A DNA stretch of 64,000 nt from Polyangiaceae bacterium (lineage in GTDB: Bacteria > Myxococcota_A > Polyangia > Polyangiales > Polyangiaceae): contig JBGANF010000030.1 in the NCBI GenBank assembly GCA_044222475.1, positions 1 through 64,000 on the forward strand, in the 5' to 3' direction. Position numbers and translations under genes: made by a program. The notes beneath the pieces were generated by a model. It made no database searches. It was not told the DNA's origin and was given only the letters and a program-made list of their open reading frames with translations. Positions 10,052-20,091 of the stretch are shown one piece after another; position 1 is the first letter of the stretch, and each line of letters starts with the position of its first letter.

Positions 10052-11983
10052 TCAGCGGGGAAGGATGCTGGCGAGCGCGCCGAGGATTGCCTCCAACCGG
10101 ACGGGCTTCACCAAGTAGTGTGCGAAGCCCTCGCGCATGCCCACGTGTTGCTCGTGCGCGGAAGCGGCGGCGGTGAGCGCGATCACGGGGATGTGCCTCG
10201 TGCCGTCCTCTCGTCGAAGCGCGTGGAGCGCCTCGATGCCGTTCATTCCTGGAAGGTTGATGTCCATGAGGATGGCGTCGGGTCTTTGCTCCCTCGCGAG
10301 CGCGACACCGTCCTCGGCCGTTCGCGCGACGACGAGCGTGGTGTCGTCGATGGCCGCAAAGAGGGCCTTCATGAAGCTCGCGTTGGCGGGGTTGTCCTCG
10401 ATGTAGAGCACGAGGACTTCGCGGTCGGCGAGCATCGTCGGCATCGGCGGTGGATCTCGTGGGGGCGACGTCTCGTTCTGGTTGCGAGAGGACGCTGCAA
10501 CGTCGACCCAGAAGACCGAGCCCTCGCCAGGCGTGCTCTCGAATCCGACCGTCCCGCCCATCATTTCCGCCAGACGCTTCGCGATCACGAGACCGATCCC
10601 CGTGCCTTCGACCGGGCCGGTCTCCTGGCCGGCGCGCTGAAAGGGCTGGAAGAGGAGGCCCTGCTTTTCGCTCGGAATCCCCATCCCGGTGTCGCTGACG
10701 GAAATCCGGATCCGCCCCTCCGTCGGTCGCGTCGCCGTGAGGACGGCGCGCCCGCCGGGCCGGTTGTACTTCACGGCGTTGGTGGCGAAGTTCGTCACGA
10801 TCTGGACGAGACGCGTGCGATCGGCGAGGACCCTCAGTCCCTCGTCGGCGGGAGGCTCGACCACGACCTCGACCCCCTTCCCTTGGGCAGCATGCTCGAT
10901 CGCCTCTCTGACGCTGGCGAGTACATCGCCGACGCCGGTCGGTTCGACCGACACCGAGACGCGCCCGGCTTCGATGCGCGAGAGATCCAAGATGTCGTCG
11001 ACGAGGTTGGTCAGGTGGGCGCCCGCACGGATGATCTGGTCGATCCGCTCTTTGCCCCGCTCGGACAACGGATCCCGCTTGTCTCGCCGCATCAGCTCGG
11101 CGAAGCCCACGATGGCATTGAGCGGCGTTCGAAGCTCGTGACTCATCGAAGAGAGGAATTCGCTCTTTGCTCGGCTCGCCACCTCGGCGGCAATGCGCGC
11201 CTCGCGGAGCTCGACGGCGATGCGCTCGTCCTCCGTCAAGTCGCTCACCATGAGCAACGTCCCACCCTCCGCGGTTTCGCGCTCGTGGAAGCGCACACAC
11301 GAACCGTCCGGCGCGGTGACCTTCCGGCCAGCGCCGCCGCTGCGGAGGGCACCCCGCATCTCCTCGAGGCGCGTCCGCTCCTCCACGTCGTGGATGCCGA
11401 GTCCGTCGAACAGGGCGGCAACGAGCTCGGCGTGGGTCCGACCTTCGATCGGATCGGGTAGGTTGCGAAGCCGCGCTCGGAAGCTCGCGTTGCAGAGGAC
11501 CAGCCGATCGTCGGCGTCGAAGAGCCCGAGCGCCTCGGGAAACATCGCCACGGCGTTGGAGAGGCGGGTCGCCAGAAGCTTCTGCGTCTGCTCCAAGCGC
11601 GTGCGCTCACATACGTCGCGCAGCGTGGCGACGACGGAGGCGCGCGGCCCGGTGCCGAGCGGACTCAAGCTGACCTCTACCGGTACTTCGCTGCCGTCCT
11701 TTCGGCGCGCCGTGAGGGTGAGCCCCACGCCCATGCGTCGCGTCACGGGCGCCTGGTGGTAGCGCTCGAAGTGCTGGGCATGGAGCTCGCGAGAACGCTG
11801 CGGAATCAAGACATCGTGAGAGCGACCGACGAGCTCGTTCGGCTCGTAGCCAAACGCAGCGGCGACCTGTCGGTTCGCGTAGGTGACTCGGCCTTCTCGA
11901 TCCATGACGAGAACCGGGTCCGGAAGAACGTCCAGGATCGTCCGATAATCTTCCACTGTCTCGGCGACGAAGGGCGAGGTCAT
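10052..11983 (-). CDS. PAS-domain hybrid sensor histidine kinase/response regulator
   Basis: Two PAS domains, 'MSHELRTPLNAIVGF', 'GTGIGL', receiver 'LMDINLPGMNG'. Confidence 0.92.
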   Translation of the reverse strand: MTSPFVAETVEDYRTILDVLPDPVLVMDREGRVTYANRQVAAAFGYEPNELVGRSHDVLIPQRSRELHAQHFERYHQAPVTRRMGVGLTLTARRKDGSEVPVEVSLSPLGTGPRASVVATLRDVCERTRLEQTQKLLATRLSNAVAMFPEALGLFDADDRLVLCNASFRARLRNLPDPIEGRTHAELVAALFDGLGIHDVEERTRLEEMRGALRSGGAGRKVTAPDGSCVRFHERETAEGGTLLMVSDLTEDERIAVELREARIAAEVASRAKSEFLSSMSHELRTPLNAIVGFAELMRRDKRDPLSERGKERIDQIIRAGAHLTNLVDDILDLSRIEAGRVSVSVEPTGVGDVLASVREAIEHAAQGKGVEVVVEPPADEGLRVLADRTRLVQIVTNFATNAVKYNRPGGRAVLTATRPTEGRIRISVSDTGMGIPSEKQGLLFQPFQRAGQETGPVEGTGIGLVIAKRLAEMMGGTVGFESTPGEGSVFWVDVAASSRNQNETSPPRDPPPMPTMLADREVLVLYIEDNPANASFMKALFAAIDDTTLVVARTAEDGVALAREQRPDAILMDINLPGMNGIEALHALRREDGTRHIPVIALTAAASAHEQHVGMREGFAHYLVKPVRLEAILGALASILPR

Positions 11984-12002
11984 CGTGCGACTCCGTGCCC
12001 CG

Positions 12003-13214
12003 TCATGTCCCGTCGGGGAAGGTCATGCAGAACACCGCACCTGGCGATCCATCCTCGATCCAAATGCGGCCGCCATGGGCGAGGACGGCTGCTTTGCAGA
12101 ACGTCAGCCCCAAACCGCGCTCGGAGCGCTCCTGGCCACTGCTCTTGGCGAGCTGCGTGAAAGGCTCGAACACCGCCTCCCGCATCTCTTCCGGGATCCC
12201 GAGGCCGGCGTCCGCGACACGAATCTCGACGGAGTGGCCCGAGTGCTTCGCCCGTACCTCGACGCTCGAGTCGACCTTCGTGTATCGAATCGCGTTCTCC
12301 ACGAGGTTCACGAACACGCGACGAAGAATGTCTTCGTCGGCCCACACGTAGTCGACCTCGATCCTCGAGCGCAGGTCGACACGCCGCCGCGCAGCGGTCG
12401 CGGCGAGCTCGGCGAAGATCGCGTCCAACGCGGAGCGCAGGGGGATCGCCCGAGCGCGGAGGGTGAGCTTTCCCTCATCGGCCCTGCTGAGGTCGAGGAG
12501 GTTCATGATCATCCGCGTCAGGTGACGCGCTTCGGTCCTGATCTGCTGGGCCGACTCTCGCTCGACGTCGGGCAGGTTCTTGCTCCGGAGGAGCAGCTGC
12601 GCGTGAAGGTCCATCGCGTTGACCGGGTTCTTGAGGTCGTGCACGACGAACGCCATGAGCCGTTCCTTCTGCAGCTGCGTCCGAAGTAGGTCGTCGCGCT
12701 GTTTGCGAACGAGCTCCACGTGCTCGCGCAGCTCGACGCTCGTCTCGCGGAGCTTCAGGGCGGTCTGGACGCGCACGAGCAGCTCCGTCGGACGAACGGG
12801 TTTGGTGAGGAAGTCGTCGCCGCCCGCCTCGATGGCTTGATCGAACGTGTCGACGTCGCGAAGCGCCGTGAAGAAGAGGATGGGCGTTCCTGCACCACGA
12901 GGCAGCTGCCGAATGCGGCGGCACGCTCCGAGGCCATCGAGCTTCGGCATGCGGATGTCGAGCACGACGCAGTCCGGTGACTCGCGCTCGAACGCGGCAA
13001 CGGCTTCTTCGCCGTCGGCGACGAGCACGACGCGGCACCCTTCGGGTTCCAGCGTGCTCTTCACGAGCGCTCGGTTTCCCTCGTTGTCGTCCGCGACGAG
13101 CACCACCGGTGCCCGAGCTTGCGAGCGCACGTTGGCCGCGCCTTCCGCAATGCCCACGTCGTTCGGGCGATTGCCAGGGTGACGGTCACGACCTGAGTGC
13201 ACGTCCATGCTCAT
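12003..13214 (-). CDS. Hybrid REC-HisKA-HATPase kinase
   Basis: N-terminal receiver 'VADDNEGN...VLDIRMP...DDFLTKP'; 'VHDLKNP'; 'GLGLTFC'; start 13214 or 13208. Confidence 0.9.
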   Translation of the reverse strand: MSMDVHSGRDRHPGNRPNDVGIAEGAANVRSQARAPVVLVADDNEGNRALVKSTLEPEGCRVVLVADGEEAVAAFERESPDCVVLDIRMPKLDGLGACRRIRQLPRGAGTPILFFTALRDVDTFDQAIEAGGDDFLTKPVRPTELLVRVQTALKLRETSVELREHVELVRKQRDDLLRTQLQKERLMAFVVHDLKNPVNAMDLHAQLLLRSKNLPDVERESAQQIRTEARHLTRMIMNLLDLSRADEGKLTLRARAIPLRSALDAIFAELAATAARRRVDLRSRIEVDYVWADEDILRRVFVNLVENAIRYTKVDSSVEVRAKHSGHSVEIRVADAGLGIPEEMREAVFEPFTQLAKSSGQERSERGLGLTFCKAAVLAHGGRIWIEDGSPGAVFCMTFPDGT

Positions 13215-13363
13215 CGGCAACCAATGGCGAGCACGAGCCGTGCCACGGGCGGCACGCGAATTGCCGGCATGGCGCGCGGCGCCGCACGCAGATCCTGCGA
13301 ATGAGCGCACCCACTGCGCAGGCACCTACCTTGCGCCGACGCTCGTCCCGAGTTGGGACGGCG

Positions 13364-14500
13364 CTACTCCGCGCTCACGCGTTCGTCGATTCGCGTCTCG
13401 GGCTTTGCGTCACGATCCGACGCCAGGTACTCGTCCCACTTGCGGATCGTCAGCGCCATGAACGCGTGGAGCACCGGGTTCAGATCCGGCACCGGCTGAT
13501 CCCAGTGGTTCTCGTACCCCTCTTGCTCGCCTTCGACCGCGAGCCCGTCCTCGTCGAGGAGAGGGTTCACCAGGATGCGCTTGGCGATGGGCATCACCGC
13601 GCCCACCAGCCGCTTCGGCATCGCGAACGGGACGCCCGGGATCTTCATCATGTCGGGGCTGAAGTAGAAGAGGAAGAACGCCCGCGTGTTCCGCTCGTCG
13701 ATCGGACGCACGAAGCACCAGTGCTTGATCTTCCCGTCCGTGTCGGACCACTGGTACGGGTACTTGTACCCGAGCTTCATCGAGTTCGTGTTCGTCTTCT
13801 TTCGGTTCACGAACATGCGTTGCAGCCGGCCGTCACCGACCTTCGTGTCGTACTCGAGATCGACCTGGTCGCCCTTGGCTTCGAGGTGCTTGAGCTCGGC
13901 GTAGGTGAACGGCCGCTTCGTGCGGTGCAGATACGCGTGGGTGAAGTCGCACGTGTTGTCGATGATGATCGAGTGGTGCGCCTTCCACGTGAAGTCGGAC
14001 GAGATCTTTCCCCAGCCGCTCGCGTCGTCCCACTCTGGGATCTCGGGGAGCGACTTCGTCTTTGCGAGCTCGGCGTTGCCCGGGAAGAAGAAGATGACGC
14101 CGTACTTCTCCATGACCGGGAACGAGCGGATCTTCACGTTCGGCATCTTGTGACCGAACAGCGAGTGCGAGATCTCGGTGCACTTGCCCGTGCCGTCGAA
14201 CGTCCAGCCGTGGTACGCGCACGTGAGCTTGCACCCTTCGACGTTGCCGAGGCTCAGCTTGAGCTGCCGGTGCGCGCAGCGGTTCTCGAGCGCGCGGACG
14301 ACGCCGTCCTCACCGCGGAAGATCGCGAACGACTGCCGCCAGAAGACGACCTCCTTGACCTCGCCGCGCTTGATCTCGTGGCTCCAGAGCGCGGGGTACC
14401 AGTAATCGGGGTGAAGGCCGGCGGCCCGCTGCTTCTGGCGTTTGGTCTTCGCCGAGGCGTAGTCGGGCATCGGCTTCTTCGTGATCTGGTACAGCGTCAT
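13364..14500 (-). CDS. Rieske non-heme iron oxygenase (SdmA/KshA-like)
   Basis: Rieske motif 'NRCAHR...CAYHGW'; mononuclear Fe motif 'DNTCDFTHAYLH'; 'DEDG' near C-terminus. Confidence 0.88.
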   Translation of the reverse strand: MTLYQITKKPMPDYASAKTKRQKQRAAGLHPDYWYPALWSHEIKRGEVKEVVFWRQSFAIFRGEDGVVRALENRCAHRQLKLSLGNVEGCKLTCAYHGWTFDGTGKCTEISHSLFGHKMPNVKIRSFPVMEKYGVIFFFPGNAELAKTKSLPEIPEWDDASGWGKISSDFTWKAHHSIIIDNTCDFTHAYLHRTKRPFTYAELKHLEAKGDQVDLEYDTKVGDGRLQRMFVNRKKTNTNSMKLGYKYPYQWSDTDGKIKHWCFVRPIDERNTRAFFLFYFSPDMMKIPGVPFAMPKRLVGAVMPIAKRILVNPLLDEDGLAVEGEQEGYENHWDQPVPDLNPVLHAFMALTIRKWDEYLASDRDAKPETRIDERVSAE

Positions 14501-14567
14501 GGCGCGGCCCTTTTACCGCGAGCCGGGGCCCCGAACCAAGCGCAAATCCTGCGTTTTGGCGCGTTTT

Positions 14568-15563
14568 TCAGCCCCGAACGAGGCCGCGAGCGCGAAATCC
14601 CTCGTAGGCGTCGCGTACGGCGTCCTCGATCGACGAGGGTTCGTACCCCAGCTCGGTCTTGGCCTTGGTGATGTCGGCCCGTCGCTTCATCTGGAGGAGG
14701 CGGACCGCATCGGGGGTGAACCGCTGGGGCCGCTCCGGCGCGACCCGGTTCAGGACGAAGCTCGACACGTGGGCGATCCCCATCATCAAGGTGGGGGGCA
14801 GCGCGCGAGGGCGCTTCCGGCCGGTGATGCGCTCGAGCATCCCCATCAGATCGTCGACGGTGAGGAACTGGGTGCTGACGATGTACCGCTGAGCGGTGCG
14901 CCCCTTCTCCATCGCGAGGACGTGGCCGCGCGCCACGTCGGCGGCGGAGACGAACTCGAAGCCGCCGGGGATGTATGCCGCGAGATCACCGTTCGCGAAG
15001 TCGAGGATGACGCGACCCATGCGCGACGGCACGTAGTCGTGCGGGCCGAGAACGGCCGTCGAGATCACCATCACGACGTCCTGCCCGAGGGCCGCGGCCT
15101 TGAGGCACTCGTGCTCGACCCACGCCTTCGTCGCCTCGTACGGGAGGTGATGCTCGAACGGGTTGAACGCGTCGTCCTCGTTGCACGGGCGGTCCTTCGG
15201 CTGACCGACCGCGCCGAGCGAGCTCGTGACGACCACGCGCTCCACCTTGGCCGCGCGCGCCGCCGCCAACACGTTGCGCGTCCCGACGACGTTCGCGTCG
15301 TAGAGCTCCTGCTCGCGCCCCTGCACCGTCTGGACCCGCGCGGCGACGTGGTAGACGCGGTTGCAGCCCTTGATCGCGCGGGCGAGCGAGTCCGCGTCGA
15401 CCAGATCGCCCTCGACGATCTCGACGTCGTCCTTGACGTCCTTGAACGCGGCGTGGTCGGTACCTTTTCGGACGAGCGCGCGGACGGTCTCGCCTTGTCC
15501 CAAAAGGGTACGAAGGAGGTTCGCCCCGACGTGGCCGCTGGCTCCGGTGAGGAAGACGGGCAT
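14568..15563 (-). CDS. NAD(P)-dependent epimerase/dehydratase, extended SDR (SdmB/HpnA/3beta-HSD-like)
   Basis: 'LTGASGHVG' Rossmann motif, 'TSS', 'YEATK' catalytic YxxxK; ATG at 15563. Confidence 0.88.
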   Translation of the reverse strand: MPVFLTGASGHVGANLLRTLLGQGETVRALVRKGTDHAAFKDVKDDVEIVEGDLVDADSLARAIKGCNRVYHVAARVQTVQGREQELYDANVVGTRNVLAAARAAKVERVVVTSSLGAVGQPKDRPCNEDDAFNPFEHHLPYEATKAWVEHECLKAAALGQDVVMVISTAVLGPHDYVPSRMGRVILDFANGDLAAYIPGGFEFVSAADVARGHVLAMEKGRTAQRYIVSTQFLTVDDLMGMLERITGRKRPRALPPTLMMGIAHVSSFVLNRVAPERPQRFTPDAVRLLQMKRRADITKAKTELGYEPSSIEDAVRDAYEGFRARGLVRG

Positions 15564-15591
15564 CGGCGACTTCTTATCACGGAGCTCGGCG

Positions 15592-16809
15592 TCAGCCGAG
15601 GAAGCACTGGCCGAGGCCGCGGTACGTCTTCGCTCGGTCCACGATCCGATCGCCGCGCACGAGCAGGTACTCGGCGAAGTGCTCGGCGAGCTCTCCAGCC
15701 TTCGCGTGGCGGAAGAACACGGGCTCGCCGATCGCGAGCGTGACGCCTGGCGGAACGCGGAGCGGCGTCTGGACCTCGCCGGCGCCTTCGAGGCCGAGGA
15801 GCTGGAGCCCTTCCGGAAGATCCGGTGCCGGCACCCGATCCCACGCCGGGGGGCCCGACGCCACGTAGCCACCACCGAGGCACGTGACGTACCCCGGCCC
15901 CGGCACGCGCACGATCTCGAGGGCGAACCACGCCGCCGGCTCGGGTCGCACCTCGCGGTAGCGGTCGAACAGCCTGCTGCAGAGAAAGCCCGACCCGGCG
16001 GTGACCTCGGTGAGCGCAGCCTCGGCGGCGCACCACGTGAGGTTGCCGGTGCCGCCGCCGTTGACGATCTCAGCGCGGTGGCCGCTCGCCGCGAGCGCCT
16101 CGACGATCTCGGCGCGCTTCTTCTCGACCTCGACGCGGGAGCGCGACTTCACGAGGCGACCGAGCGCGCCCTCGATGCGCGCGCGCGGTCCGCCCGGGAG
16201 GTCGTCACCGACGCCGGCGATCTGCGCTTCGTACCCCATGATGCCGGCGAACCTCAGCGCGGGGTGCTCGGCGACGCGAGCGACGAACGCGAGCACGTCG
16301 CGCGGCTCGCGGATGGGGCTCCGCCGCACGCCGAGGACGAGATCGCGCAGCGGGCGATACGACATGTCGACCTCGACGAGGACGTCGATCCGCGTCCGCG
16401 CTGATTCAGCGGCGGCGGAGAGACACGCGAGGTGTGCCACGTCGTCGACGATGACCGAGAGCTTCGCGCCGCGCGCTGCCAGACCGGCGAGGAGCGCGGC
16501 GTCGTCGCGACGCGTCGTCGGATACGCGAGCAGGAGATCGTCGAACCCTTGCTCGCGGAGGAACGCGGTCTCGCGCGCGGAGTACGTCATCAGACCGGCG
16601 CCCGGCGTCGACGCCACGATGCGCCGGACCAGGTCGGGGACGCGGAGCGACTTCGTCGCCACGCGGAGCTTTTTCCCGTGGGCCGTCGCGTGGCGGACGA
16701 GCAGCTCGACGTTGCGCTCGAAGGCGTCCAGGTCGACGAGCGCGCACGGCCACGCCTCGCCCTCGATGGCGCGCGAATACCGCGCTCGCCGCTCGATCGC
16801 CGACTCCAT
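15592..16809 (-). CDS. PLP-dependent type III enzyme (alanine racemase/D-serine dehydratase-like amino acid deaminase/aldolase)
   Basis: 'LRVATKSLR' PLP lysine, 'GIMGYEAQIAG', 'NGGGTG', 'EVTAGSG', 'FFRHAKAGE'. Confidence 0.85.
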   Translation of the reverse strand: MESAIERRARYSRAIEGEAWPCALVDLDAFERNVELLVRHATAHGKKLRVATKSLRVPDLVRRIVASTPGAGLMTYSARETAFLREQGFDDLLLAYPTTRRDDAALLAGLAARGAKLSVIVDDVAHLACLSAAAESARTRIDVLVEVDMSYRPLRDLVLGVRRSPIREPRDVLAFVARVAEHPALRFAGIMGYEAQIAGVGDDLPGGPRARIEGALGRLVKSRSRVEVEKKRAEIVEALAASGHRAEIVNGGGTGNLTWCAAEAALTEVTAGSGFLCSRLFDRYREVRPEPAAWFALEIVRVPGPGYVTCLGGGYVASGPPAWDRVPAPDLPEGLQLLGLEGAGEVQTPLRVPPGVTLAIGEPVFFRHAKAGELAEHFAEYLLVRGDRIVDRAKTYRGLGQCFLG

Positions 16810-16926
16810 GACGCGCAGCGTACCTCGTCGACGCAAAAACCGACGCACCTACCGCGCACGCCTTGCGCGAGGGGCCTCGGTTGTCGCGGATTCGCGTGTG
16901 GATCCGACCTTGCACTCGAGGCGGCC

Positions 16927-18120
16927 ATGACGGCGACGGCGACGGAACAGGCCACGGGCACGAAGGGGAAGCGACGCCTGCGGAAACGCAGCTTCCGCTG
17001 GATCCTCTGGCTCGCCGCGGTCGCGCTGGTCGCGCTCGGGGCGTGGCGCTATCTACGCGCTCGCGCCTCCGCGCCGGTCGCCGTGCAAACCACCCGCGTC
17101 GAGCGAGGCGCGGTGCGCGACTTCGTCACGAGCGTCGCGGCCGGGCGGGTCGCAGGACGCCAAGAGGCGACCGTACGCGCCGAGATCGCCGGCACCGTGA
17201 GCGTGATCCACCGGCATCGGGGCGATGCCGTCCACGCCGGAGATCCGCTCTTCGAGTACACCGCGCAGGATCTCACCGAGCGCCTACGGCTCGCCCAGAC
17301 CGCGGTCGCGATGGCGAACGCGCAGGTGAAGCAGGCCGAGCAGAACGCGGCCGTCACCGAGACGAACCTCACCCGATCGCGCCGGCTCCTCGACGTGAAG
17401 GCGATCCCGAGCGCCGAGGTCGAGAACCTCGAGGGGCAGAGCCTCGTCATGCAACGTACGGTCGACGCCGCGCGGGCCGCTGTGAGGCAAGCGCAGGCCA
17501 ACGTCGAGATCGCCCGCACGGCGGTCGGGAAGACCGTCGTCCGTGCGCCGTTCGATGCCACCGTGCTCGACGTGAAGATCGAGGTCGGCGAGGCGACGTC
17601 GCCCGGCATGCCCGTCGTCCTCGTCGCCGACACGTCGGCGCTCCACGTCGACGCAGAGATCGACGAGGCGGACTTGGCGAGAGTGCAGGTCGGCATGCCC
17701 GCCGACGTGAGCTTCGACGCGCTCCCCGGCGAGCGCATCCGAGGCAAGCTCTCGTCGATCGCGCCGAGCGTCGCCCGCGATCTCCGCGGCGGCAAGAGCA
17801 TCGCGATCGACGTGGAGCTCCCTCCCGATGCGCGCCTCCGGGTCGGCATGAGCGCCGACGTCGACATCATCGTCGCGGTGCACGAGAGCTGCTTGTTCGT
17901 GCCACCGAACGCAGTGCTCGGGCGCGGAGCCGACCGCAGCGTCTACGTGGTGACGAACGGCGTCGCGACGAAGCGATCGGTCGACGTCGGGATCTCCACG
18001 TGGGAGGCGGTCGAGGTGAAGAAGGGCCTGGCCGAGGGCGACTCGGTCGTCACCACCCTGTCGGCAGCGAAGCTCGCCGACGGCGTCAGCGTCACGGCGA
18101 CGCAAGCGACCGCGAAATGA
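16927..18120 (+). CDS. Efflux periplasmic adaptor (MacA/HlyD family)
   Basis: N-terminal TM, 'VRAPFDATV', 'IDEADLARVQVGM', 'LRVGMSADVDI'. Confidence 0.88.
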   Translation: MTATATEQATGTKGKRRLRKRSFRWILWLAAVALVALGAWRYLRARASAPVAVQTTRVERGAVRDFVTSVAAGRVAGRQEATVRAEIAGTVSVIHRHRGDAVHAGDPLFEYTAQDLTERLRLAQTAVAMANAQVKQAEQNAAVTETNLTRSRRLLDVKAIPSAEVENLEGQSLVMQRTVDAARAAVRQAQANVEIARTAVGKTVVRAPFDATVLDVKIEVGEATSPGMPVVLVADTSALHVDAEIDEADLARVQVGMPADVSFDALPGERIRGKLSSIAPSVARDLRGGKSIAIDVELPPDARLRVGMSADVDIIVAVHESCLFVPPNAVLGRGADRSVYVVTNGVATKRSVDVGISTWEAVEVKKGLAEGDSVVTTLSAAKLADGVSVTATQATAK

Positions 18121-18851
18121 GCGCCGCGGTCAGCGCACCAAAGGCCGAGACGCTCATCGACGTCGTCGACGTCGAGCGCGTGTTCCCGGTGGGCGACGAG
18201 CCTCTCGTCGTCCTCGAGGGGATCTCCTTCCACATCGATCGCGGAGAATACGTCTCGATCATCGGACCGTCGGGGTCGGGCAAGAGCACGCTCATGTATC
18301 AGCTTGGCTGTCTCGACACGCCGACGTCAGGCAGCGTGCGACTGGCGGGCTACGACGTGAGCGACCTCGACGACGCCGAGCTCGCCGCGCTCCGGAACCG
18401 CTTCATCGGCTTCGTGTTCCAGTCGTTCAACCTCCTGCCTCGCACCACCGCCACGGACAACGTCGCGCTGCCGCTGCGCTACGCGGGGGTGGGGCTGCGC
18501 GAGCGACGCGCCCGCGCCAAGAAGGCGCTCGAGCGCGTGGGGCTCGGTCACCGCGCGGATCACCCTCCCGAGCGGATGAGCGGCGGCGAGTGCCAACGCG
18601 TGGCGATCGCGCGCGCGCTCGTGACCGAGCCAGCGCTCCTTCTGTGCGACGAGCCCACCGGCAACCTCGATCAGAAGGTCGGCCGCGGGATCATCGATCT
18701 GTTCGAGAAGCTCAACGCCGAGACCGGGACGACCATCATCATCGTGACCCACGACATGGCCATCGCTCGCCGGAGCCGGCGCGTGATCCGGCTCGTCGAC
18801 GGGAAGGTCGAGTACGACGGCCCGCCCGTCGCCGGACACCTGGAGAGTTGA
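18117..18851 (+). CDS. ABC transporter ATP-binding protein (MacB/LolD family)
   Basis: Walker A 'GPSGSGKST', 'FVFQSFNLL', '[15 protein letters not shown]', 'DEPTGNLD'; ATGA overlap with upstream stop. Confidence 0.92.
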   Translation: MSAAVSAPKAETLIDVVDVERVFPVGDEPLVVLEGISFHIDRGEYVSIIGPSGSGKSTLMYQLGCLDTPTSGSVRLAGYDVSDLDDAELAALRNRFIGFVFQSFNLLPRTTATDNVALPLRYAGVGLRERRARAKKALERVGLGHRADHPPERMSGGECQRVAIARALVTEPALLLCDEPTGNLDQKVGRGIIDLFEKLNAETGTTIIIVTHDMAIARRSRRVIRLVDGKVEYDGPPVAGHLES

Positions 18852-18858
18852 GGCGATC

Positions 18859-20061
18859 ATGCTCGACCATCTCCTCTCCGCTTTGACGGCCCTCGCTGCG
18901 AACAAGATCCGCTCGGCGCTCACCATGCTCGGCGTGATCATCGGGGTGCTCGCGGTCACGCTGCTCGTCAGCGTCGGCGACGGCGCGCGCGCATACCTCG
19001 ACGACACGTTGACGTCGATCGGGACGAACCTCCTGACGGTGCAGCCGGGTCGCCGCGAGACGCGCGGCGGCTTCGGTCCGCCGATGAGCAACACGCAAAA
19101 GCCGCTCACCCTCGACGACGTCACCGCGCTCGAGCGCCAGGGGACGCTCCTGCGGGGCGTGAGCGGGACGCTCATGGGCGGTGGCGCGGTGCGCTACGCC
19201 GGCCGCGAGCGCAACACGATGGTGTTCGGCGTCGGGCCGGCTTTCAGTGATCTGCGCAACATGCACGTCGACGTCGGGACGTTCATCCGGGAGGAGGACG
19301 TCACCTCTCGCAGGCGAGTGGTCGTCCTCGGACGGACGGTGGTGCGCGAGATCTTCGGCGACGAAAACCCCCTCGGAAAGCCGGTCCGCATCGCTGACGG
19401 GCGTTTCCGGGTGATCGGAGTGATGGAGGCGCACGGGGCGTCGTTCGGGTTCGACATGGACGACCTCGTCTTCATCCCGGTGAGCTCTGCTGCGGACCTG
19501 TTCGGCCAAGATCACATCTCGCAGATCGTCACCGCGGCGAGGAGCAAGGACGACGTCCCCCAGGCGATGGCCGAGATCGACGAGGTGCTCGCGCGCCGAC
19601 GCCACGGCGAGATCGACTTCACGGTGCAGAGCCAAGACGACCTGATGAGCGCGTTCAGCACACTGACGACCGGACTCACGTGGGCGCTGCTCGCCATTGC
19701 GTCGGTGTCGCTCGTCGTCGGTGGGATCGGGATCATGAACATCATGCTCGTCAGCGTGCGCGAGCGAACGCGCGAGATCGGAGTACGGCGCGCGCTCGGC
19801 GCGACCCGGGCAGACATCCTGTGGCAGTTCCTCATCGAAGCGGTCGCGCTGGCCGCCCTCGGCGGCGTGGTCGGGCTGGCGCTCGGGTACGGGATCATCG
19901 ACGTCGTTCATCGGACGGCGCCGGCCGTGCCTCTCCGGTTCTCGCCTTGGATCGCGATGGTCGCGTTCGGAGCGTCGTTCGTCGTCGGCGTCGCTTCCGG
20001 CGTAGTGCCCGCGCGCCGCGCAGCGATGCTCGATCCGGTGGACGCGCTCCGCTACGAGTGA
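18859..20061 (+). CDS. ABC transporter permease (MacB/FtsX family)
   Basis: 'RSALTMLGVIIG', 'VGGIGIMNIMLVSVRERTREIGVRRALGA', 'DPVDALRYE'. Confidence 0.93.
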   Translation: MLDHLLSALTALAANKIRSALTMLGVIIGVLAVTLLVSVGDGARAYLDDTLTSIGTNLLTVQPGRRETRGGFGPPMSNTQKPLTLDDVTALERQGTLLRGVSGTLMGGGAVRYAGRERNTMVFGVGPAFSDLRNMHVDVGTFIREEDVTSRRRVVVLGRTVVREIFGDENPLGKPVRIADGRFRVIGVMEAHGASFGFDMDDLVFIPVSSAADLFGQDHISQIVTAARSKDDVPQAMAEIDEVLARRRHGEIDFTVQSQDDLMSAFSTLTTGLTWALLAIASVSLVVGGIGIMNIMLVSVRERTREIGVRRALGATRADILWQFLIEAVALAALGGVVGLALGYGIIDVVHRTAPAVPLRFSPWIAMVAFGASFVVGVASGVVPARRAAMLDPVDALRYE

Positions 20062-20091
20062 CGCGCTTGCTTCGGCGGCGCGGCGCCCTAC

